Part shown: in pieces, positions 1-9,380 of the stretch | Layout: each line of letters opens with the position of its first letter | Position numbering within the stretch: the stretch's first letter is position 1 | Source: Azolla caroliniana | Lineage: Eukaryota; Plantae; Polypodiophyta | DNA length: 64,000 nt | Reading direction: 5' to 3' | Assembly (NCBI GenBank): GCA_043228905.1 | Contig: JBHGNT010000004.1 | Coordinates: 24,428,001 to 24,492,000, forward strand | The notes under the pieces: generated by a model | What the model saw: the letters and a program-made list of their open reading frames with translations, nothing else | Told to the model about the DNA's origin: nothing | Databases searched by the model: none | Translations under genes and position numbers: made by a program

Positions 1-57
1 TTGGAAGGATATGGCACAACGAGGCAGAATATACTAGCCATATATACTGAGTAAAGA

Positions 58-185
58 AATTATATGTATGTATGTATAATGTATGTATATGTATAAATGT
101 ATATGTACGTATAAGTTTATGTATACAGTATTTATCTATATGATATATCTATAAGACTATATGTATATCATATATGTATATATAT
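58..185. repeat. (TA)/(TATG) low-complexity microsatellite
   Basis: Degenerate tatg/tata repeats visible directly. Confidence 0.6.
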
Positions 186-1565
186 CAATTTTCTTTCCCA
201 CATCATGACTCATCTCGGCCACATGTGGTAGAGAATTTCTTCTTCGATGGTAGATGGGAGTCCGGTCGCCAATCACCCGTGATGATGCCTCTTGTGCTTT
301 TCGCCTACACAGTCACTTGATTGTTCTGTAGTATAGAATGTGTATAGGCTTCTCCGAGTGCTCATTGGTAACTTGCAGTTTCTGTGTTTTGCATGATGAC
401 TTTGCCGAAGAACGGAGTCATGTAGGGAGCTTTTTGAATAGCTCCGAAAAGGTGTGTACGAAAAAAGGAGTACCTTTCTAGATTATTGGCATGGGTTCGA
501 GCCGAACAAACGGTTCTGTATGGGATTGGAGTTCATAACAAAAAAATGGACAAGAATCCCTTGGTCATTAGAGCTCGACATTCATAACAGAAAGATTACA
601 GTTCCATTTATTAGAACATCCCTAAGTTTTCGATTGAATGAAGGATGGAAGACCTTGGCTTCATACTTCTATTAGACCATCTTTTTTAGCAATTCTGAGT
701 GAGTGATGAAGGCCTAACATCAATGAAGGAGTGTCGTAGAGGAGTAGTATTATTTCATCCCCTCCATGTAACATCCACCGCTACAAGCTAGATGCACTCA
801 TTGATTCATTGGTTTAGACAACATAACGTTACCAAGATATGTATGGTTCATAGAAGGAATAGAGCATATCCTCGCTTCAAAGCCAATTAGCATAGGGTGG
901 TTGGGTTATTACATGCTCCGATGGTCTTTCCTTGTCATGTTATCGTTGTTTGTGGCCCAAAGTGCTAACTTATCATTGATTTTTGTATCAGGCTTCTATT
1001 TCTCAACTTTGTTTTATATTATCATTATTTGTCACCTTCAATCAAACCCTATCCTTGCACAAATTCCTCTCATAGTCATAGTGTGCACTCTCGAATGTGA
1101 CATTCATTAGTAAAGTTCTTGAACATCAAAAGTTGCTACCCACTTTCACATGTATTATGTGAAAATGTTATATTTTGTCTCCTACATCATATTTGACCAC
1201 CGAAGACGATAATGATCTCTCTCTCATAGAGTTTGGTTTGCTATTAGTTTGATGGTCATTCTTGTTGATATTATTTGATGGGAAACAATTTAACACATAA
1301 ATATCATTCTAGAATTTAGGGTTTCTATTCATCAATATTTATATCCACAACATTTGTTAGTCGATTCTATTCGCCCTTTTAATTGTATGTGTAACATGTC
1401 CAATGGCCATGAAGTTGCATCCTTCTCTTTTGCTTTTGGCATGGATGACCATGCCTTGAGTGCACACATTCTAGCATATCGCCCATCCATAGGCATGTAA
1501 GTTATATGATATGCTTTTGAAAATCTTTTTTAATGATCCTCATCCATGTTAAATGGTTGTCAATC

Positions 1566-1835
1566 TGTCGAGAACTGAACGCTCCCTATATGCAACGCTC
1601 GGCCACAACCAAGCTTAGATTCATGCACAGAAAATGGGAAATAAAGAACGACACAAAGGAGAGAAAAGGTACACAAGATGTTTACGTGGAAAACCCAAAC
1701 TAAGGGAAAAAACCACGGCAGCCCACAGGCTGCAAACTATCACTATGTTGGAATGTACAAACAGTGAGTTCACGGAGGCAATGACCTCGTGCTCACGATC
1801 TTCGCCACAGGCGGCGGTTACAACAGAGGCAACGA

Positions 1836-1872
<37 letters not shown>

Positions 1873-2380
1873 ACTGTTACGCGCTCTAATCTCGTGCAAA
1901 ACAAGAATGACAACGACAACTCTCACTAAAGGTTTGCCCCAAGTCATATTTATACTAATATGACTTTTCGGCTATTTACAAATACAGCCTTGATGGACTC
2001 TCAAAAACATATTTACGAATATGTCTCTTCATCCGGTTCTCACCGGGTCTGCACCATCCGGTTCTCCGTAGCCGGGTACTCCTCATCCGGTCTTCACTGG
2101 GTTTGTATCATCTGGCTCTCCGTAGCCGGCTACTCCTCATCCGGTCTTCACCGGGTCTGTATCATCCGGCTCTCTGTAGCTGGGTACTCCTCATCCGGTT
2201 CATACCGGGTCTGCACCATCCGGTTCTCCGTAGCCGGGTACTCCTCATCCGGTCTTCACCGGGTCTGTATCATCCGGCTCTCCGTAGCCGGGTACTCCTC
2301 ATACGGTTTCGGCCTCGGCCGAGTTTGTTCATCGACACTGTTCTTCTCCCTTCCCATCCGGAGGGACCTGTCTCCCAACA
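1566..2380 (-). repeat. 3' LTR of copia-1 (815 bp)
   Basis: Near-identical to 14383-15141. Minus-strand TATAAATA at 1947-1954 and a (GA)n tract. PPT AGGGGGAGTT adjacent at 2381-2390. Confidence 0.95.
2025..2294. repeat. 54-bp CCGG-rich tandem repeat x5 in LTR U3
   Basis: Unit ctcYtcatccgg...tccgtagccgggta repeated 5 times. It produces the 18-aa periodicity of ORF 1960-2550. Confidence 0.9.
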
Positions 2381-2390
2381 AACTCCCCCT

Positions 2391-4719
2391 TCACTCCGGC
2401 ATGGGGTGTCTTACCAGTCCGATTCTCTTCCGGCATGCATCCAGCTTGTCGGGTATCAACACTTTGGTCAGCATATCTGACCCATTCTCGGCCGTGTGGA
2501 TCTTCATTAGCGCGAACTCCTGGTCATCTACTCTTTCCCGGATCCAATGATACCTCCGCTGGATATGCTTCGTCCGGGAATGGTAGGCCGCATTCTTAGC
2601 AAGGTGGATGACACTTTGACTGTCGCAATAGAGTTGGTATTCATCTTGCCGGATACCGAGCTCTCCGATGAAGTCGTTCATCCATAAGATTTCCTTACCG
2701 GCTTCCACAGCCGCCATGTACTCCGCCTCTGTGGTTGACAATGCAACCGTCTTCTGCAGCCTCGACTGCCACGAAACAGCTCCCCTTGCATATGTCATTA
2801 CATACCCGGATGTAGACCGGCTGGTATCCACATCAGCCGACATGTCCGAATCGGTGAAACCGTCAAGTTGAGGTTTTCCGGAGCTGAATCGGAGACACAT
2901 ATTTGAAGTGCCCTTCAAATACCGGAGTATCCATTTGACCGCGTTCTAGTGCTCCTTGCCGGGATTGCTCATAAACCGGTTCACCACTTCGACTGCGTAT
3001 CCTATGTCCGGTCGGGTACAAACCATTGCGTACATCAAGCTCCCGACGGTAGAGGCATATGGAATCTTCATCATATCCGCCTTCTCTGCTTTCGTCTTTG
3101 GGCTTTGCTTACCGGATAGCTTGCAGTTTGCCGGAAGTGTCGATCCGACCAGTTTCGCATCTGACATGTTGAACCGGTGAAGCACCTTTGTCACGTACTT
3201 CTCCTGTGATAGCCATAAGTGCTTCGCTGACCGGTCCCGAATGATGTGCATCCCCAGCATCTGTCTTGCCAGACCCAAGTCTTTCATTGAGAAGGTCCGG
3301 TTAAGAGCCTTCTTCAACATCCGTATTTTGACTTGGTCATGTCCGACGATCAACATGTCATCTACGTACAGAAGGAGTATCAGGAAGTCGCCTCCTTCAA
3401 ACTTCTTCACAAACACGCAGTGACCGGCCTGCGTCTTGTGGTACCCTTGATCGGTCATGAAGGAGTCGAACTTCCGGTACTATTGTCGAGGGGCCTGCTT
3501 TAACCCGTAGAGGCTCTTCTTCAACCGGCAAACCAGGTGCTCCTTCCCTTTCTCCACGAATCCTTCCGGTTGCTGCATGTAGATCTCTTTTTCGAGGTCA
3601 CCGTGAAGGAATGTCGTCTTCACGTCTAGCTGCTCTACCTCGAGGTCCATGCTTGCCGCTATACTCAGCACCGTCCGGATGGAGGTCATCTTTACTACCG
3701 GGGCAAATATCTCGTCGAAGTCCACGCCCTTCTTCTGCTGGAACCCCTTCACCACGATCCTGGCTTTGTATCTCGGGGGGTTGCCGGCATCTCCCGGTTT
3801 CAACTTGTACACCCACTTGTTTCAGAGTGCCCGCTTTCCTTTCGGCAACTCCACCAATTCGTACGTATGGTTCTCATGCAGGGAATCCATCTCATCCTGC
3901 ATGGCACTCAACCATTTTCAGCTGTGGGTGTCTTCCTTCGCTTCTTCGAATCTTTCTGGCTCCCCCTCATCGGTCAGCAGAACATGCTCTGCATCCGGAA
4001 ATCTCCGGGGGGCCCTTCTCTCTCTGAGAGGATATCTCTGTCTCTGGGCTTCGGTGACCGGCTCATTCATCTACTCTTCATCCGAATCCGATTCGGGGTC
4101 TTGGCCGGTTCCGGTTTCAGCTTCCTCTACTTCTTCTTCAGCCCGTTCAGTATCCTCACCGTAACCGTCTGGTCCCTCGAGTGCTAACCGGTCTCTTGCC
4201 GGTTGGGTCCGCTCATCGTAGAGTCGATCCTTACCGGTCGACTCAGAGTTCATTATCTTCTTCTCATGCTCCCAGTCGGCGAGCGTCTTGTTCTCCATGA
4301 AGATAATATCTCGACTCCGGAATACCTTCTTGTCGACCAGGTCTCACAGTCGGTAGCCGAACTCATCGTCACCGTAATCGAGGAATATGCATGGCCGGGT
4401 CTTTGGATCTAACTTTCCTCTCTGGTCCTTAGCTATATGCACGTACGCGAGACACCCGAACACCTTCAGATGCCGATAGGATACTTCCTTACCGGTCCAC
4501 ACTCTCTGTGGCGTGTCTCCGTCCAAGGGTATTGAGGGTGATCTATTTATCACATATGTCACCGTCGACAATGCCTCAGCCCAAAACTTCTTGGGTAGTT
4601 TTGCATGCGCTAGCATACTCCGGACCCTCTCCATTATGGTCCGATTCATCCTCTCGACCAGTCCGTTTAGTTCCGGCGTCTTCGGCACGGTAAATTCGAG
4701 TTGGATTCCCTTCGAGCGG
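2391..4719 (-). pseudogene. copia-1 pol 3' part (integrase C-term, RT, RNase H) with in-frame stops
   Basis: Motifs HGDLEKEIYMQQPEGF, LYGLKQAPR, LLYVDDML, STTEAEY and RTKHI. All ORF fragments share one frame. Confidence 0.93.
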
Positions 4720-5806
4720 TGTCGTGGCGTGGCTCGCCTAGAAGCGTAGCGTTGCGTAGACAAAAGATATCGTGAAAGTGAGGAAGGAATCACTGGGATT
4801 ATGGACGGAAGAGACGAAAGAGTAGAGATAGATAAATAGTGATCAACAAGATATGACAAGATAGGATATAGAATGATATTTGAAGCAATAAAAGAGATTT
4901 ATAATTATTTGATGAAAGAGTTACAAAAGTGGTTGTTCACATCGTTGAACCTCCGAACTTTGTCTTGCAAGGTAATCGCTCTTCTCTTTCTTGATCGTCG
5001 ACCACTACAATCTTCACTTCAATATTTTAATGAAGATAAGGCTCGAACCGCCTCCCTCTTGTTGAGAGTTGACCACCACGACCGCCAAGCTAGAGCTCCA
5101 CCTTTCTCTTGAACTTCTTCCTTTCTTTCTCTATTTTATGGTATCTCTTATGTAATACATAATTTGATTGATATCTCATACATATCCCCCTTTGATCTTC
5201 TCTTTCACCATTTAAATAGGTGCCCCCATGCATATGATGCATTGGAGGGTACAAATCATGCATGTAGTGCATGAAATGCATGTGATGCATGATCGCCATT
5301 TGGCATTCATGCATTACATGTGATGCATGATAAACATCTCGCTCATTTGAGCTTTTATGTATGAAACAATATATGCAATAACAATAAACATGAAAACATA
5401 ATCTTAAAGAGAAAGGGCCTAGCCTAATGGTAGGTGTGTTGACTTTAGTGTATGAGGTCGTGGGTTTGAGTCTCAAAATACTATTGAATACAACATGCAA
5501 CTTTATTTTTATATCATGAAGCAAATCCTTTATGTAATATAAAGTATATATAAAGTATGCTTTATTTTCTGAATATTATTAGTGTAGAGTAAATGGTAAG
5601 ATTTGAGAGTCATAGGGTGGGCTTATTGGTTCAAGTCCTCTCTTGTTCGTGTAATATAATATATTTATATATATATATATATTATTTTTCTATACATATA
5701 TATAATATTATCATATGTGTTGTTATAAAACATTATCAAATGTTATTTTAGTTACGTATTTATCTTATTGTAGACTTTTAATGTGAAGCTTTCGTACTTC
5801 ACGACA
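4720..5806 (-). repeat. 3' LTR of gypsy-1 (1087 bp)
   Basis: Duplicate of 11543-12631. PPT AGAGGGGGTGGA at 5807-5818. Confidence 0.95.
5420..5638 (+). other. Two tandem tRNA-like A-box/B-box modules inside the gypsy-1 LTR (second copy 12243-12461)
   Basis: TAGCCTAATGGTAGG...GGTTYGAGTC and TAGAGTAAATGGTAAG...GGTTCAAGTCC have identical, tRNA-like A-to-B spacing. The first retains D- and T-arm pairing. Confidence 0.55.
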
Positions 5807-5846
5807 TCCACCCCCTCTAGACCTGCACATCCTCCGGCATGTGCCA

Positions 5847-8800
5847 CTATCTTTCATCTTCATGTTGATCTATCGGAGGAGGTTCAAGCTCAAACCTTTT
5901 CTTAAATACTTTTATCCTCTTTCCAGCTACCACGTTTAGGATTAGTGTCCCATCCAATTCACTAAGCTTATAAGTAAAGTTATCATATACTTTTCTTACT
6001 ATATAAGGCCCAAACCATCTTTCAGCGAACTTGCGGACGGTGCTATGTTGATTATCTAAACTGCTATCGTACACGAGCACCCAATCTCCTTCTTCTATTT
6101 TCTTAGGTCGAATTCTATGACTTTTATCAAAACGGATTTTATTCTTTAGTCGAGCCTCCTTTAATCGTTGGGCTGCTATTTCTATATCTTCAGGTCGACG
6201 CTCTAATTGTTGAATTCGCAAAGCAAGTAATTCTTCTCTGCTCACCTCTTCTCTCCATGGAATAGATATCCATGACATAATTGATTCTTCTATCGGCATG
6301 ATGGGCTTTTGGCCAAGTATCAATTCAGCTGGCATGTATCCTGTTACTGAACTATGAGTTGTTCGATCCGCCCATAGTGCATAAGGTAGCATGCGTGGCC
6401 AATCTCTTATTTTACCTTTACAGCTTTTCACGATCGCCTTAACTATTGGGCTATGTCCTCTTTCGATCTTTCCATTGGCTTCTGGATTATACGCAGTTGT
6501 AAGTGATAATTTGACCCCTATTCGGCTGAAGAATTCTCTAGCTTCATCAGAGTCGAGTTCTCCTCTATCTGCAATTATTTTACCAACACACCCGTAACGA
6601 CATATTACATCTTCTAACAAAAATTTACATACAGCTCTAGTTGTTTTTTGTCGTAGTGGTCTTCCTTCTACTTGGTTTGTAAGGTCTTCTCTTGCTAGTA
6701 CTAAATATCGCATTTGACCTTCCCCAAGTGGCATTGTCACTAAATCAACCATCCATTTATAATGCATTGATGATGAATATGTTGGTTTTAGCTCATCTCG
6801 ATACCGGATAGTTGAATACCTCTGGCAAACCTCACAGGTTTCCACAAATTTCGTTACATCTTTATACATATGTGGCCACCAATACTTTTCTTTCAACTTC
6901 ATAAATGTCGCCCATATGCCTCTATGTCCTGCCCACAAACTATCATGGAATTCATTAATTAATTTTCTCTTAATGTCATCCTTACAAATGACTCGAAGAG
7001 GATTTTCGGTTGGCCTTTTTGGACGCCTCCATAAATGCCCTTCATGTAAAAAAAACTTGAATGCTCGTCTTCGAAATTCATTTAATTGTTTCTTCGACCA
7101 TGATGGGTTGGCTTCTTGAGTCTTTAGAAAATTTCCTATTTCTAACCATTGACCTTCATACTCTGTGTCTTTGAACATTATACTTACATTAAACTCATCA
7201 TGAGGCGTAATAGATTCTTGATGAGCAAATTGATGGCTTGTAGTTGCCCAGTTCCTATATTCAGTTTGCATCACCTTTTCATTTATGAACCTTGCCCTTG
7301 ACAACATATCTGCAACTGGGTTGTCTTTTCCCTTTATATGCCGCAATTCTGGGTTCATGGTTCTGATGTATGCAATCCACCGAAGCATTGCAATATCTGG
7401 TGTCGTGCAACTTGCTATCATTCCAATGAGTGGCAAACAATCTGTTTCAACCACTACATCTGCTCCGATCAAGTAATCTCTATCTGTTTTTAATGCAGTA
7501 AGCAAACCCCACAATTCTCGTTTAACTTGTGCATAGTTTCTTTGTCTTTCATTTAATATCTTTGCTCCAAATCTGATAGCATATCGATGTTGGTCTTCAT
7601 CTTCTTGGTTGATAACCCAACCGATCCCGATTGGGCTAGTATCAACTGTTACTATAATTGGTCTTTTACCTTTGTAGTCTGGTTGACGAAGAACTGGTGT
7701 TTTCAGTAATGCTTCTTTCAGCTGTTGAACAACTTGTGTATGTTCATCAGTCCAAATAAACTTCTTTCCTTTTCTTAAAAGTTGGTAGAGAGGATCTGAG
7801 ACATGTGCAAAGTGTGGTAACCAAATATGATAAAACACACATGCACCCAAAAATCTTCTCACCTCTGTTACCGAGTCGCAAACTTCCTTCATATTTTGTA
7901 TTGCGTTAATTTTGATCGGTGAAGGCTTCCTCCCATACCACCCACACATATGACCAACTATTAGAACTTCGTTTTGCCCAAAGCAAGACTTTGTTCCTGA
8001 TAGTGTCAAATGTACCTGCTCAAGCTTATTTAAAATATTTTCACAGTCATTAATGTGATCCATCACAAACTTTCTGCAACCATTTCCAACCATAGTCTCA
8101 TCTTTCTCTCTTTCTAAGCATCCCTCCTTAATAGGAATATCATCTAAAAATGGCATAGTTACCTTTGGGATGTATTCATGTAGAACTTTGTTCATTGCAT
8201 TCATCATATGAGCAACCGAATTCGTCGCACCTTGAGGTAGAGTGCACATTCGAACCAACCCAATTGGTGTTTTCATTGTTGTGATATTGCGACTATCAAT
8301 TGCTAGTTGAAATTGGTCGTATCCTGAATATAGGTCTCCCATAGAGTAAATCGCTCTGCCAGCAAACGCTTCCGCAAATTCATCAACGATCGGTCCGATT
8401 CCCGCATTTCGGATTGTGACTTTGTTGACTGGTTGTAGATCTTGAATGAATCTTAGAGAACCATCTTTCTTTGGAACTGTGAACCATCTATTGGAGTATG
8501 GTGCATTTGAAGGCTCTAAAATCTTCATCTTGACTTTATCCTTCAGCAACTCCAACAATTGAGGTAATCGAGCTCTCGGTACTGCAATAGGTTTAAAATT
8601 CCAAGGAATATGAGGGATAGTAAATATTACCATTGGCGTCACCACCTTTGGATTTACACAACCAATCTCCTCAGCTTTGAATGCAAACGCTTTCCCATGC
8701 CTAAAGATCATTTCTTTGAAAGTCACGATCTCTGATTGCAGAAGAAATTCACCCCTTCCGATTCTCAAGTTATTTATTGTCTCCGAAGTGAAGTGATGTC

Positions 8801-9380
8801 CGATCTTCTCTATTGGTCGAAGCATAGGCTCGGTTGCTGCTGCCTCCATCTTCTCTTCACTACCAATAGGTAATGGTACTGCAGCAGGTTTGACCTTTTT
8901 ATCTATTGTTTTGTATTTTGTATTACATAAACTTTCTACTTCTTCATATTTACAATTATACCTATCAATCTCATAATACATATCAATTGAGTTTACATGT
9001 ATCTTTCTAACATTCTCATCATCTTCTTTCAAATACATTTCTAACTCTTCTAAAGTATTTGCAAAAGAAATTTCTTCCATAACACTTTCAATCTGCTCTT
9101 CCATTTCAAGTACTCCAGTATCCTTCAATGCCTGCTGAAACAGATTAGCATTCTTTTTCAAGTTCCTCTTGCATTCATACATCCTAGTCACACATATAGC
9201 ACCACTTTCAGAAACATGAAATGACTTATTCATATGTTGTAATGCCCTATATGAGGGTCTTTTAATAATGGGACTATTGCAACCCTCACTCGCAACAGTC
9301 CTAGTCAAAAACCTGATTATCAAAATCATCACAATCTTTTGGTATTGAATGATCACGAAGCTCTTGCTTGTTCCTCTCAT
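5847..9380 (-). CDS. pol: gypsy-1 Pol (RT, RNase H, integrase with HHCC finger and GPY/F motif; no chromodomain)
   Basis: Uninterrupted 1177-aa ORF with DLYSGYDQ, LPQGATNS, PFLDD, VTVDTS, HDSLWAGHRG..CEVC, ADRGE and WFGPY. Probably expressed by frameshift rather than from its own ATG. Confidence 0.93.
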   Translation of the reverse strand: MRGTSKSFVIIQYQKIVMILIIRFLTRTVASEGCNSPIIKRPSYRALQHMNKSFHVSESGAICVTRMYECKRNLKKNANLFQQALKDTGVLEMEEQIESVMEEISFANTLEELEMYLKEDDENVRKIHVNSIDMYYEIDRYNCKYEEVESLCNTKYKTIDKKVKPAAVPLPIGSEEKMEAAATEPMLRPIEKIGHHFTSETINNLRIGRGEFLLQSEIVTFKEMIFRHGKAFAFKAEEIGCVNPKVVTPMVIFTIPHIPWNFKPIAVPRARLPQLLELLKDKVKMKILEPSNAPYSNRWFTVPKKDGSLRFIQDLQPVNKVTIRNAGIGPIVDEFAEAFAGRAIYSMGDLYSGYDQFQLAIDSRNITTMKTPIGLVRMCTLPQGATNSVAHMMNAMNKVLHEYIPKVTMPFLDDIPIKEGCLEREKDETMVGNGCRKFVMDHINDCENILNKLEQVHLTLSGTKSCFGQNEVLIVGHMCGWYGRKPSPIKINAIQNMKEVCDSVTEVRRFLGACVFYHIWLPHFAHVSDPLYQLLRKGKKFIWTDEHTQVVQQLKEALLKTPVLRQPDYKGKRPIIVTVDTSPIGIGWVINQEDEDQHRYAIRFGAKILNERQRNYAQVKRELWGLLTALKTDRDYLIGADVVVETDCLPLIGMIASCTTPDIAMLRWIAYIRTMNPELRHIKGKDNPVADMLSRARFINEKVMQTEYRNWATTSHQFAHQESITPHDEFNVSIMFKDTEYEGQWLEIGNFLKTQEANPSWSKKQLNEFRRRAFKFFLHEGHLWRRPKRPTENPLRVICKDDIKRKLINEFHDSLWAGHRGIWATFMKLKEKYWWPHMYKDVTKFVETCEVCQRYSTIRYRDELKPTYSSSMHYKWMVDLVTMPLGEGQMRYLVLAREDLTNQVEGRPLRQKTTRAVCKFLLEDVICRYGCVGKIIADRGELDSDEAREFFSRIGVKLSLTTAYNPEANGKIERGHSPIVKAIVKSCKGKIRDWPRMLPYALWADRTTHSSVTGYMPAELILGQKPIMPIEESIMSWISIPWREEVSREELLALRIQQLERRPEDIEIAAQRLKEARLKNKIRFDKSHRIRPKKIEEGDWVLVYDSSLDNQHSTVRKFAERWFGPYIVRKVYDNFTYKLSELDGTLILNVVAGKRIKVFKKRFELEPPPIDQHEDER
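9251..9314 (-). other. Programmed ribosomal frameshift signal: slippery G_GTT_TTT, 5-nt spacer, H-type pseudoknot
   Basis: Stem1 GGACTGTTGC/GCAATAGTCC, stem2 GTGAGGGTT/GACCCTCAT and A-rich loop CATTATTAAAA lie exactly at the ORF1/ORF2 overlap. Confidence 0.75.

Noticed and set aside
186-1560. Possible decayed gypsy gag/protease remnant
   Set aside because: Only faint motif hints; no frame could be reconstructed with confidence.
1621-2550. ORFs within copia LTRs (also 14438-14778, 39379-39783, 58205-58907)
   Set aside because: They are translations of microsatellites and 54-bp repeats.
5420-5475. Functional tRNA gene
   Set aside because: The acceptor and anticodon stems do not pair; it is kept only as a tRNA-like module.
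5090-5524. His-rich 144-aa ORF (duplicated at 11913-12347) as an extra gene
   Set aside because: It lies in the LTR, its composition arises from CATG repeats, and it has no recognisable domain.
9301-9303. MuLV-type UAG readthrough before the pseudoknot
   Set aside because: The 0 frame reaches TGA four codons later and pol is in a different frame.
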